The notes beneath the pieces were generated by a model, which saw only the letters and a program-made list of their open reading frames with translations, made no database searches and was not told the DNA's origin. Position numbers and translations under genes: made by a program. A DNA stretch of 64,000 bases from Spirogloea muscicola (Eukaryota). The stretch lies in NCBI GenBank assembly GCA_009602725.1, contig WELB01000002.1, positions 60,819 to 124,818 on the forward strand, read 5' to 3'. Shown here one piece after another: positions 34,661-46,439 of this stretch; position 1 is the first letter of the stretch; the number at the start of each line of letters is the position of its first letter.

Positions 34661-34718
34661 CCCTGAAGCCGGAGGCCGCCGCCAAAGCTCGGCCTGCGCG
34701 CAAGTGAACCGCGAAGGC
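34655..34718 (-). mobile_element. CRE-like 3'-ORF fragment abutting an assembly gap
   Basis: gccggaggccgccgccaaagctcggcctgcgcgcaagtgaaccgcgaaggc is nearly identical to 53782-53832. Confidence 0.75.
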
Positions 34719-35567
34719 NNNNNNNNNNNNNNNNNNNNNNNNNNNNNNNNNNNNNNNNNNNNNNNNNNNNNNNNNNNNNNNNNNNNNNNNNNNNNNNNNN
34801 NNNNNNNNNNNNNNNNNNNNNNNNNNNNNNNNNNNNNNNNNNNNNNNNNNNNNNNNNNNNNNNNNNNNNNNNNNNNNNNNNNNNNNNNNNNNNNNNNNNN
34901 NNNNNNNNNNNNNNNNNNNNNNNNNNNNNNNNNNNNNNNNNNNNNNNNNNNNNNNNNNNNNNNNNNNNNNNNNNNNNNNNNNNNNNNNNNNNNNNNNNNN
35001 NNNNNNNNNNNNNNNNNNNNNNNNNNNNNNNNNNNNNNNNNNNNNNNNNNNNNNNNNNNNNNNNNNNNNNNNNNNNNNNNNNNNNNNNNNNNNNNNNNNN
35101 NNNNNNNNNNNNNNNNNNNNNNNNNNNNNNNNNNNNNNNNNNNNNNNNNNNNNNNNNNNNNNNNNNNNNNNNNNNNNNNNNNNNNNNNNNNNNNNNNNNN
35201 NNNNNNNNNNNNNNNNNNNNNNNNNNNNNNNNNNNNNNNNNNNNNNNNNNNNNNNNNNNNNNNNNNNNNNNNNNNNNNNNNNNNNNNNNNNNNNNNNNNN
35301 NNNNNNNNNNNNNNNNNNNNNNNNNNNNNNNNNNNNNNNNNNNNNNNNNNNNNNNNNNNNNNNNNNNNNNNNNNNNNNNNNNNNNNNNNNNNNNNNNNNN
35401 NNNNNNNNNNNNNNNNNNNNNNNNNNNNNNNNNNNNNNNNNNNNNNNNNNNNNNNNNNNNNNNNNNNNNNNNNNNNNNNNNNNNNNNNNNNNNNNNNNNN
35501 NNNNNNNNNNNNNNNNNNNNNNNNNNNNNNNNNNNNNNNNNNNNNNNNNNNNNNNNNNNNNNNNNNN

Positions 35568-37273
35568 GCCGCAGCCGAGCGCGGCGGCGGCGAGGCTGGG
35601 GCCTTGGGGCCCCCGGCCCCTGCCGTCGACGCTGCGGCCGCAGCCACCGCCAGCGTCGGCGACGAGGTCTTCTCATCATCTCTGGCGCTCAAAAGACCTC
35701 ATGCCTAAACCCGAACCCGAACCCTAAACCTAATTGCTAAACCCTAAACTGTAAAGCCTTAACCTCCTCTAACGCCCGCATTGAGCGTGCCTCTTGGCCT
35801 CAACCAGGGCCTGGAGGTGTGGCGCAGCGCTCTGGACGGCCTGAGCCGCTTGACGACCATGGCTGCAGCAACGTCGGCCATGGCTGCCCGCGACGTCAGG
35901 GCCCGCAGGAGGCCGGCACCCGTCGCGGCCTCTGCTGCTGCTGTCGGGCCGCCGCCACAGCTGCCACCCCAGGACGTCGCGGACGCGCAGCCCCGCCAGG
36001 ATCCGGCTGCTGGGGTGAGCGCCGCTGCCCACAGCCCGATGATGCCCAGAAGGCAACGAGGACAAGATGCTCTGTGGCGCACACACGGCACCTCTCACGA
36101 AGCGCCTGGTGCGGCGCGGGGTTCCAGGCGGAGGCGGCGCTGATGGAGCGGCTGCAGGGCTTGGGCTTCTCAGAGGAGCGCGCCCGCGCCGCACTGCTGC
36201 TGCACAGGTGGGGCCTGCTCCTGCCAGCTGCCGGTGATTGCGAGGTCAGGCCGTGGAGGCAGCGAGGCACAAGGTGCATGAGTTGCTGAGCCCGCCTCTC
36301 TTGTTGTTGCGGCTGCGCTGGATTCGGCGAGCGCAGCAACCACCTGTGTGTCGCCACGGACTGGCTGCTGGAGCAGTCTGCTGGCCTCAACGTCGGCGGG
36401 CCTCGTGCCAGCTCGGCAGCCACTGAGGAGACACCGGAGCAGAGCGGCCGGGCAGCAGCAGTTTCTGCTGGGGCATCGTCGCTAGCTGATCCTCCACCAA
36501 CTGAGGGCTCTCATTCGCAGGCAAGCTGCGAGCCACACTGCGCATGCTCCTAGCAGTATAAATCGTCGCTGCCGCTTGTGTGATTCGCCGGGCGGCTCTC
36601 GAGCGCAGCTGCGTGGTCAAGCTTTCAAGGCGCAGTGCATTCTGCAGGCCCTGTTGCAACTTGTAGAGATGGGGTTTGATGAGGAGCAGGCGCGCTCAGC
36701 ATTGCACATCACCAGCCACAACGCTGAGGACGCCTGCATGCTTCTGCTAGGCGACCACGTCCTCCCGCCTGCGCCGCCGCCGGATCTGGGCACTGTTGCA
36801 CGAGAGCGCCAGCTTGCTGCTGCCGCAGGTGTTGGCCAGGTGGCCAGTTCTGATACTGCCGCGAGCAACACACGGGAGAGCCAGCAGGGTGAGGGGCTGC
36901 CTGGCTCTGACAACGGTGACGTGCCTTCAGCAGATCAACCGGGGTGAGCCAGCCTGCATTTTCTTTGATGGAAATTTCTGCCCAGTTCCTGTCGTGCCTG
37001 CGGACTGTTGTTGCATGGATAGGACAAGTCATTAGAAGTAGGAGGACTGTCCTAATTAATCGACAATTAAAGGATGTAACAGAATCTGCACTCTTTGCTC
37101 TTGGAGGAGCTTGCTGCTCACTGAAACCGCAGTGACATATATGCGTGGGTGTCAGGGAGAGGCCGACACAAGGTTTGTCCGTTGCTCGCCGAACCACAGC
37201 GACCAATGCAGATACTATGCCCTCTGCACCTCCCTCGGCGTGCACCTCCGCTAGTGCTGACGAAGGCAATTGA
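35568..37273 (+). CDS. Protein with two UBA-like domains; multi-exon, start in gap
   Basis: MERLQGLGFSEERARAALLLH and LLQLVEMGFDEEQARSALHITSHNAEDACMLLLG (MGF...AL...LL UBA pattern). Phase-compatible introns lie at about 35667-35806, 36015-36127 and 36943-37155, with a stop at 37271-37273. The middle exon is unresolved. Confidence 0.65.
35704..35750 (+). repeat. Degenerate interstitial telomere-like tract (CCCTAAA/CCCGAA) including a telo-box AAACCCTA
   Basis: cctaaacccgaacccgaaccctaaacctaattgctaaaccctaaac. Confidence 0.8.
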
Positions 37274-37798
37274 GCTCCTTATGTAAACTTTCTGCCAAGC
37301 AGCTCGTCTGGCTGCGCTGTAGCTTAAAGTCCAGCAAGAAGCGTAGCAGGGGTCTCTTTGCAGCAGGCCTTAAATACAAGTGGTGCGCTGCCAGCAAAGA
37401 GTTGTGCAGTTCTCAGCCTGAAGGGGATCAAAGTTGGCTGATCCGTCACCAGTAAGTACACTGTTCAAATTCAAGAGCAGGTGTCTCTCTGTTGTCATGT
37501 GGGGGACACAGATATTGTCATTGGGCACCTGTACGATGTGCTGACTGGAGGCTGGGTACATAGGCTACCAGATCGCGGCCAGGCATGTATAGAAGACAGA
37601 TAAGGAGGCGATGGCTGTGGAAGGCCAGCGCATAACAACGGACACAAGAAGATTTTGAAAAAAATTTACAAGTGGAAGAAAGTCTACCAAGCTCACTATG
37701 AAGTACAGGCAGTCGATGGCAGAGCCTCAGCATGCAGCTGACAAGAGTAACACGGGACAGGGTGAGGAGATGGACATGGTCACCGTTGACAGGGGCAG

Positions 37799-40700
37799 CT
37801 AGTGCTGCACCAAGGCATACCCGTCAAGGCCCTGGTCCTTGCCAGCAGCAAACAGGGTGGAATAGCTGTTGGCCCACTGGAGGTCGTGGTAGCACCCTAC
37901 ATGGCGGCCATCAGCAAACGCCAAAGTGCGCAGCCCAGACAGTATAAAGCCCCCGCTGCTGTCCTCCATATAACACAGGCCATTGAACGTGCTAATGGCC
38001 GCACCCCTGCACGCATCTTGCCCAGAGCATGCAGTCTTACATGGCAGGGCTCAAGATATGGCCTGACAGGACCCAACGTTGCTTCCGCCGCAGTCCAGGC
38101 ACGTGACCATTGCATCATGCACCACCACCTTCTGGCCCTTACCTGCCGCCCCCAGCATCCCTGGCGAACAGAGGCGGCACACAGATGTAGCCAGCCATAG
38201 GCAGCCATAGTGAGTCGGCATGCAGTAGGAATGCGTGACGTTGCGCAGAGGGAGGACCTCCAAAACTTCTTGAGATATGATGAGTGGTCACCTTGGAGTA
38301 GTAGCTCACTTACTAAATGATTCACACTGTCTTCAAAGTAAATTGAGGGACAGGAGTCTCCCCTGGATGTTAAGCCGCTCGATCTCTCTCAAGATATGTG
38401 GCTCCACGTCTTTGTCAGTACTCTCTCATCATCCCCTGACCAGCAAGTCCTCTAATAACACGGAAGTCCTCAGAAGCCTCTGTAGCTACGAAAATAGAAA
38501 AGTGGTCCGAGTGTAGCGTTCCCTGTTAGAAGGACTTTTGTTGATATCCTTGTGGACAGGCACCACCTCACGTCCTGGGGCAAGAGCCACATAAGCATAA
38601 AGCTCTGGAGGCCTGTTCTATTTGGGAACGTAGGTCTCAAGCATCTGTTTAGGAGCCAGATTGGTCCAATGGACTCGATTTCTGTCTGCCAAGGAACCCG
38701 TCCGGGCAGCATTGAATTTGGTCGGTGGACCCAAGATGTCACAGATGGTGCTTGAATTAAACCGGGCTTGATGGTGACTAGCTTTGGACTCCACAGTTCC
38801 ACTGAAATATCCATAAGGTGTTGCTTGCCTAGAACGGATGTCGTGCTTTAGATTCATCGTAGGGATAAAAAGGGACGTTTGCTCGTGCTGAAGTCCCCTT
38901 CCGTTTCCAAGGGAGCTAAAACCTTGCCTTGGAAAACCAGCTATGATAAGGTCCACTTTAGACAACTTGTTTGCAGCTGATCTTTTGGCTGCCACAGTGA
39001 TGGCCTGCGGAAGCATAGTATCCCAAAGAGTGAAGGTGTTCTCCGCCAACAAGGTGGGGTACTGGATCTTCAACCAGTCAATGTGGTGATTGGCTGCCGC
39101 TATGGCTTGTGTCGGCATCCACATATATGTATCTGGCGACATTGAGATGACTCTGGAGAACTGCTTTCAGTCCGTTGGCATATTGGTGGAGCTATTTGGT
39201 GGCACCGCCAACGGGCTGTTAGCCATTCGCCAGAGTCATCTCAAAGTTTCCAAAGATATATATGCGGATGCCAATACAGTAGCCAGAGCGGCAGCCAATC
39301 ACTACAGTGACTGGTTAATGCACCTTGGTGACAGAGAACACCTTCAGTCATTGGGATACAATGCTTCCGCAGGACTGCTGTCGGTTGGCATATTGTCAAC
39401 CTTGATGTATGAATCGAGCTTGGATAATTTGCGCATAAGCACGCCGACCTCCGCCCAACCGCGCCCCACAACGGCCCGGTAGCCTGCAACGCGTGGAATT
39501 GGCATCGGCGCGCCGCAGCTCTGTGCCCCTTCCTCATCCTACGAAGCGGGCCAGCCTGTCGATTCACAGGACTGGGGCCGCAATGGGGTAATCAAGTGGT
39601 GCCAAGAGACTCGCACAAGCCAGTCACCATGGCAACACCGGCGACAAGGAGGGTCTGGTGGGTTGCATCGATGTCCATGGAGCAGGCATAGTGCCGAGTC
39701 ATGTCCAGTGTCTTCACCACCTGCGTGCCAGCTTGCGAGGGCCACTCTCCTGACTGAGAGTTCCGCAACGTCGCATCGAGTATACAGGAGCACCTGCCAG
39801 CGCCTCATTCTGAGCTGAAGCTAGAGCTGACCTGCCCTGTTGTGGACCAAATAACGAGAGTGCCATCCTTGCTCCCGCTGAGGACCTGATCCCGCGAGTG
39901 GTCTGTCGAGACAGGCTCCTTGTCATTCCGATGAGTGGTACAGTCCTCACGACATCGAGTCATATCGCAACTGATCAATCTCACGGCGTATTCGTCCCAA
40001 GGATGTGAATGCAGCTCAAACGCGGCCCTCACCGTAAGCAATGGCAAAGACAGCGCTGCGATAGCCAAAGTACGAACGCACCGCCCTGAGCCCTGCGCCG
40101 CAGTCATCAGCGGCGAGCTCCAGATGGCTCCACCATCGCACAGCCCGGTTCCTTCATGGAGCTTGTGGCCTGGTCCGGCGGGTCAGAGTGCACCTGATTG
40201 GACCAATGGCGGCGAGCTGGCAGTGAGCGAGGGCTTGAACTCGTGGTGGAGCTCGCCAACCGCCGCCGAGGAAGTTGCAATGCGCTACCTCGTCCACCCC
40301 ATGCTCTCCTCAATGTAAGTGACATTGCACTGGAAGACGTCCTCAGTGATGGCCCGCAGCATGGTAGCAAGCTCCGCAAGCAGCTCAGGATTGCACTGGT
40401 TGGTCAGCTGGGAACGGCAATAAATGGCGGTGGCCACTTCGGTCGTCAGGGATGGCCTGCTCGTCCACCGGGGACATGCGGGGCACACTTGCGCGAGGTG
40501 GCCACCCTCCTGAGCGGAGGAGAGGTGCACCACAAGCAAGACGGCGTGCAGCGCTCACCTGTTGTAGGCAGAGCTCGACGGTCTTGCCCAGCATTGTGAT
40601 TGCGGCACAGCGGTTCTCAGGCTTGCGCAAAAGCGCAAGGATGGTGGTGACCGCGCCTGCCTTGCGCCGCCACTGCGACGAGCCTCAGCCGCCGTCCAAG

Positions 40701-41254
40701 GCTTTGCGACCGATGCTCGGATGGAAGGCCCAGCAAGCCGGCTGCTCCACAAGCCCACCGGCAATGTTGATGACGCCGATGTCGATGACCGCGGCGAAGG
40801 CCTCGGCATGGGCGAAAACCTCCATGCGGCTTGTGGACCGCTTCAGCGTGAGGTGCGTCAGCACCTACGCCATGCCCCGCGCACGACAGGAAGTAAGCCG
40901 TTGGGCTGGAGATGAAGCAGCAGTACGTCAGCAGTACGACAGCCCAGGAAGGTTACAAATGGTCACCAAGGCCGCACGCCGCAGCTCGTGGCAGTGCTTC
41001 TGCCTGGACGCTCTTTCATGACCATCGCATGTCGCAGGCTGCCGGATGCCTTTCAGGCGAAGGTGCGGAAGGGCATCATAGCCAAGGTACAGCCCGTGCT
41101 GCTGCACCCTAACCTTAAGTCGTAACCCTAACCCTGGGAATAAACCCTAAACCTGCCGAGCGGTGGTGGCGGCGGCGCACCGGAGCGTGTGGAAGAGCTC
41201 GGCGGCGCGCGGCAGCTCCTCGGCGCTCAGCTCCACCTCGATGAACAGCCTCAT
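37799..41254 (-). CDS. Uncharacterised protein with an N-terminal helical (possibly MIF4G/HEAT-like) region and C-terminal WD40 repeats; possibly incomplete or decayed
   Basis: ATG at 41254 (MRLFIEVELSAEELPRAAELFHTLR|gt). Further exons: AEAFAAVIDIGVINIAG|AVTTILALLRKPENRCAAITMLGKTVELCLQQ|LTNQC...YIEESMGWT, WD repeat GYRSAVFAIAY|DHSRDQVLSGSKDGTLVIWS, VHDAMVTCLD and YHDLQWANSYSTLFAAGKDQGLDGYALVQH*. Confidence 0.7.
38340..39150 (-). pseudogene. Decayed C5 cytosine DNA methyltransferase (motifs IV-VIII and TRD remnant)
   Basis: VDLIIAGFPRQGFSSLGNGRGLQHEQTSLF (motif IV, with catalytic PC changed to PR), degenerate motif VI YFSGTV, and NAARTGSLADRNRVHWTNL (motif VIII). Intronless and more AT-rich than the flanks. 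Confidence 0.85.
39151..39390 (+). pseudogene. Second C5 methyltransferase fragment (motifs I-II), inverted relative to the first
   Basis: ILVELFGGTANGLLAIRQSHLKVSKDIYADANTVARAAANHYSDWL (motif I ELFGG); 39240-39320 is a diverged inverted copy of 39065-39148. Confidence 0.8.
41106..41154 (+). repeat. Degenerate interstitial telomere-like tract (CCCTAA/CCCTAAA) including a telo-box
   Basis: accctaaccttaagtcgtaaccctaaccctgggaataaaccctaaacct. Confidence 0.8.
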
Positions 41255-41383
41255 GGCGCCGCCGCGCGCCGCGCCGGCGGCGGCGCCGCCGGCGCCGGCN
41301 NNNNNNNNNNNNNNNNNNNNNNNNNNNNNNNNNNNNNNNNNNNNNNNNNNNNNNNNNNNNNNNNNNNNNNNNNNNNNNNNNNN

Positions 41384-44300
41384 TCGGCGCCGGCGATGGG
41401 GCCGCTGCGCCGCCGGACGGCGGGCTGGCGGACCTGGACGTCACGGCCGGCGACCTCACGTTCGGCGGCGAGGACGGCGCCGACGGGTAAGGGCCGCCCT
41501 CGCCGCCGCGTCTCCCACGCGGTGCGGCGGCTGAGCCTGACGGCGCCGCAACGCGCGGCGGCGGGCTGTGCAGCGACGAGGTGTCGCTGCTCGGCCTGGC
41601 GGAGGAGCTCGAGAGCTTCCGGGAGCAGGAGGTGCGCGCCTGCCCTGGCCGCCGCCGCAGTCGCCGGCGCGGCGCCCGCGGCGGCGAGTGGGCGCGCGCA
41701 CAGAGGCCATGCCGAGATTGTGACGCTGAGTGCCAGCGGCGGCGTGGCGTTGTGGCGTTGTGGCGGCGTTGCGGCGCAGGAGGTGGCGGCGATCCTGAAG
41801 CAGGGCGCGGAGCTGCGCGAGTACGCGCGCGGCGTGGAGGACAAGCTGCGCCTCGTGGAGCTGGAGTCCATCCAGGCACGGCCGCGAGTCCCGCGCCACG
41901 CCGCGCCGGCGAGCAGCCCTCGCTGTTGCAGCAGCTGGCGGTGACGCTTACTTGAGGGCTGCCGCTGCCGGGGCTCCATGGCCGCCGCAGGACTACATCC
42001 GGGAGAACGACAACCTGGTGACGCTGCACACGCAGATCCGGGAGTGCGACGGCATCCTCGGCCAGATGGAGTCCCTCCTCGGCGGCTTCCAGGTCAGCCC
42101 GCCGCCCGTCTGGGCCGCCGTGGCAGTCTCCGGGTGCCCCATCTCGCTGCTGCGACCGTCGCAGCTCCTGGCCATTGATGCCTGGCGCGCGCGGCCATGG
42201 CGGAGTGCAGCGCGATCTGGGCTCGATCAGCGCGGAGATCAAGAGCCTCCAGGAGCAGTCCCTCGACATGGGCATCAAGCTCCGCAACCGCAAGGTCGCC
42301 GCCTACTCGCCGATGCCGCCGCCATCCCTTGCTCGCTTTTGGGATTGGGCAGCAGCCTGCAGCAGCCGCGCTGCTCAGAGCGTACAAGCCGGTGCCTGAC
42401 ATAGGGTGGCCAGCATTGTCCCCGCGGTGTTGGCGCAGGCGGCAGAGAGCCGGCTTTCGTGGTTCATTGAGGAGATGGTTGTGCCCCCGGAGCTCGTCGA
42501 CACGATCATGGATGGCGAGGTGAACCAGCGCCCCCGTGCACCTTGCTGGTCTTCGTCAACGCCTCACCCTGGCGCACGGGCAGCCGGCTCACACCAGCTG
42601 CCCTTGGGCTTGGCCTGCGGTGCATTGCCTCCAGGTGAACGAGGCCTTTGTGCGAGCGCTGCAGTCGCTCCACCGCAAGCTGCAGTTTGCAGCCGAGGAG
42701 CCGGCGGCACGCACGGCTGCGGCGCTCAAGGACGTGGAGCCCGTGCTGCACAAGCTGCGTGCTAGAGCCCTCTTCAAGGTGCGCCTCCCCCGATCCTGTC
42801 ACGCCTCGCCTCCTGCTGCAGGGCTGGCCAATTTGCGCTGGCACCGCCACCATCATCTGCTGCTGCTTCACTGCGCCTAGCTAGCTCACGGAAAGACGGC
42901 GGCGAATGCAATCAGGGCCGGGAGTACCTGATGCAGAAGGTGTATGCCCTTCGCAAGCCCAAGACTAATGTCCAGATCCTCCAGCAGAGCGTGCTGCTCA
43001 AATACAAGTGAGAGCAAGTGCCGCTCGATTGATTGATCACTGTGGCGCACTTGCGCTTGCACCCCATCCCGACCTCAGCGAGCTGCCAACCTCATATCTT
43101 GAAAAGTGAGGCTGTATGCTTCTCCATCCACTGAGTTGAGCATCTCAACTGGCACTCACTCGCAGGTATGTGGCGACGTTCCTCCAGGAGCACGAGAAGG
43201 ACGTCTTTGCTGATGTGCGAGCGGCGTATGTGGAGACCATGAACAAGGTTAGTCCGAGCTCCGCGGCCTGGTCGCTCGGCCGCCCTCACCCAGCAGCTCA
43301 TGAAGAGTCCACTTGCACTGCTGACAGACCCTCCACGTTGCTTGCTGCTGCTGGTGCGGCAGGTCCTGAGCTCGCACTTCCGGACGTACATTCACGCGCT
43401 GGAGAAGCTGCAGCTGGACAATGTTAGTCGCACGGACCTCATCGGCGTGGAAGACAGCAGCAAGGGCGCCGGCGGCCTCTTTGCACGGGGCCAGCAGCCA
43501 CTGAAGAACCGCTCAGCCGTCTTCTCCCTTGGTGACCGCGCCTCCGTGCTCCAGGACACTGACGAGCCGGCCATCATCCCGCACATTGCGGAGCTGGGGG
43601 ACAAGAGATTTGCATACGAGGTCCTGTTCCGCAGTCTCAGCAAGCTGCTCATGGACACGGCCACAAGCGAGTAGGACTTCAGAAGCCCCGCCCTGCCCCT
43701 GCAATCTCACAGAGGAGGTTTTGGTGGCTGGGTCTTGTTGGGTTGAAAGCAAGCTGACAACTTTGGGCCGCTCATTGGTCGTGCGAGAGCTTGTGGCAGG
43801 TACCTCTTCTGCTCGGACTTCTTTGGCGAGGATGTCACATTCCAAGACATCTTTGCAGGTATGTATGAGCACGTCGCAGGCAAGCGTGGCTTGGCTGCAC
43901 TCTCATACCTGTCCTCATAACTCAAATGACGACTTTATACTGCTCTTACACATGTTCATGAGGTACCAACCTCCTTACTGCATTCTGGCGAGAGATTCAT
44001 CACCAACTGTTGCTGAATCCTTTCTGAGCGAGCATGAAGATTGAGGTGCACTGGTCGGTTTGGCATGCTGCGTTACTCTTGCTCGCTGACAATGAGCGGA
44101 AAGGTTCTGGAGGTCACAGGCCCCTTTGCGGTGATCAACGAGCACCTCACGGCTGTGCTGCCCAATTGCTTTGACGCCATCGGCCTCATGCTCATGATCA
44201 GAATGACTCACCAGCACCAGGTGACGTCCTACAGGATGCATTTGGTGCTGGCATGGAGGCCACTACCAGGGCAAGTCACTGCTGCGCTTGACTGCTGCAG

Positions 44301-45973
44301 GATGCATCTGAGCAGGCAGTGGCCCATGTGCGTGTCGCAGCTGCTGATGGTCCACCGGCGCGTCCCGTGCCTAGATCCCCACTTCGACAAGGTCAGGTGT
44401 TTGTAAAGGCCGGAGCAAGTTGTCGAATGCTCCGTGCAAAGCACTGAGCGCAGCTGTCCCCTGGAAGTAAGGTCTACGCGCAGTGCGTCTGACAAGAGAT
44501 GAGCTTACTGCCCACTGTTTCGCAGGTCAACCTGATGATCTGGCCGCGATTCAAGGTGGTGATGGACATGCAGCTGCAGAGCGTGCGTGCAGCAAATGTG
44601 CGCAGCCTTTGGGCAGCGGACGTGCACCCGCACTATGTCACGCGCCGCTATGCCGAGTTTGCCGCCTCGCTCATGCAGCTCAGCTCGCCAGACGGCAGCG
44701 GAGACGGCCAGGTTGGTGCTGTATGCCATGGCCTCGGCCTGTGTGCAGGTGGGGGCATGAGCCTGGGGTCTGACGTCCTTGGCTACGCTTGCCGCTGTTC
44801 TTGCAGCTTAATCTGAACCTGGAGCGTTTACGGGCTGCTGTGGACGACCTGCTGGTGAAGCTGGCGCGCATGTTTCCCGCGCAGAAGCAGCAGACCATCT
44901 TCCTGATCAACAACTACGACCTCGTGCTAGCCATCCTCAAGGTGCCTCTTTCTTACCTCCACACTTGCCAGCCGGGCTCTTGTCAGCAAGCGGCAACAGA
45001 TGCACCGTCAGCTGACATCTGCACAAAGTCAACTCGTGCAGGAGGCTGGCGTCACCGGTGGCCGGACTCTGCACCTCTTTGAGGATCTGCTCACCAGCAG
45101 CAGCACTGTGTTTGTGGTAGGCAGCAGTTGCCTCCTACACAACCGCCGGCACCTGCTGAGCACTGCCTTGCACTTTCTTGAGGTGCGTGCTGCAATCTGT
45201 GGCAGGAGGAGGAGCTGCGCGAGCATTTTGGGTCGCTCATTGCATTTGTCAAGGTGCGGGCAGGTGAGCTGCCACCAGCAGCCTCCTCTGCAGACCAGTT
45301 GTGCTCCCTATGTTGCGCTTTAGTGCACACTTGTGCTGGGGGCATGCTGGGTTGATGGTGTGGCGCTGCGATTGTGCCAAAGGCAGCGGCGACGAGCAGC
45401 TCCATACGGGTGCTGGGCCGGCGCCGCCTCCCATCATGCTCAAGGAGGTGGAGCCATTGGTGAAAGACTTTGCAGCCCGCTGGAAGGTCGGCAATCGTGT
45501 GCCCCACCGCTGGCATTGGTGCACTTGATCTTGCAATTCTGGTGGTAACTAATGGATGGAGAAAGCAATCTAACCTGCTGCGCACTTCTGGTGGTAATTA
45601 GTGGATGGAGAAACCAATGTAACGTGCTGCGGCGGTTGTGCAGGCTGCAATTGAGGTGATGCACAAGGACATCATTACCAACTTCAGCAACTTTGTGTGC
45701 GGCATGGAGATTCTGCGCGCAGCGCTCACTCAGCTCCTGCTCTACTACACACGCCTCTCCGACTGCCTCAAGGTAGGCAGGTCGTCCGCCACACCGCAGC
45801 GCGCTGAACACTCCTGCCTGCCGTGGCAAGGGCCTGATTGATTGCTTTCAGCCGGCATCCAATGTATAACACGTGCGTTGTGACAGAGGGTGGAGGGAGC
45901 AAGCGTGCTGGGCAAGGATGTGGTGTCCACTTCGTCCATTATGTACGAGATCAAGAAGTACAGCCGGACATAA
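41384..45973 (+). CDS. VPS52: Vacuolar protein sorting 52 (GARP/EARP subunit, plant POK); multi-exon, start in gap
   Basis: LREYARGVEDKLRLVELESIQ|DYIRENDNLVTLHTQIRECDGILGQMESLLGGFQ|RDLGSISAEIKSLQEQSLDMGIKLRNRK, YEVLFRSLSKLLMDTATSE, HPHYVTRRYAEFAASL, FLINNYDL, LTQLLLYYTR and IMYEIKKYSRT*. Confidence 0.96.
45537..45631 (+). repeat. Intronic tandem duplication, period 49 bp, two diverged copies
   Basis: ttctggtggtaactaatggatggagaaagcaatctaacctgctgcg / ttctggtggtaattagtggatggagaaaccaatgtaacgtgctgcg. Confidence 0.85.
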
Positions 45974-46439
45974 CACGAGGTCGAAAGCATCTGCGCCTTC
46001 GCCAAGTGCCTACGGCAGGTGCTGCCGACCGCAGGCCTGTCTCACTGTATGCCTCAGCCCTGGTTTTGGGGGGAGCGAGCTGGAGCTTGTGGCGCAACTT
46101 GTGGGGGCCCACAAACGTCACCTTTGGGCTTGCGCTTCCAGAGCAGCGCGGAGGAACTTACATGGAGCACAGCGAGGGAGGGACAGAGGAGGGCGGAGGT
46201 GGGGAAGGCCTTGGGATGGACTGAGGAGTGGAGAGGGAGCAAAGTGTGTGCTGAAAGATGGAGGGCCGAGAACAGGAGGCGAGCACATTCGGAGATGTGA
46301 GGCAAAGCCGCCTTCTGCTTTGCTGACCAGCGCAGTAGCCGCAGGAGCACGTGAAGGCTGCTGGCCGATCCTTGAGTATCGGACGCAGCCTCCAAGCCCC
46401 CCTGCCACCGACTGCAGTTGGCTCGGCCTTCTGGTGCGG

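Noticed and set aside
35684..41180. A single 5.5-kb intron or a mobile element capped by telomere repeats at both ends (exon phases at 41181 and 35683 happen to match)
   Set aside because: The interval contains further exons of the 41254 gene and a separate plus-strand UBA gene, and each telomere-like tract falls in an ordinary short intron.
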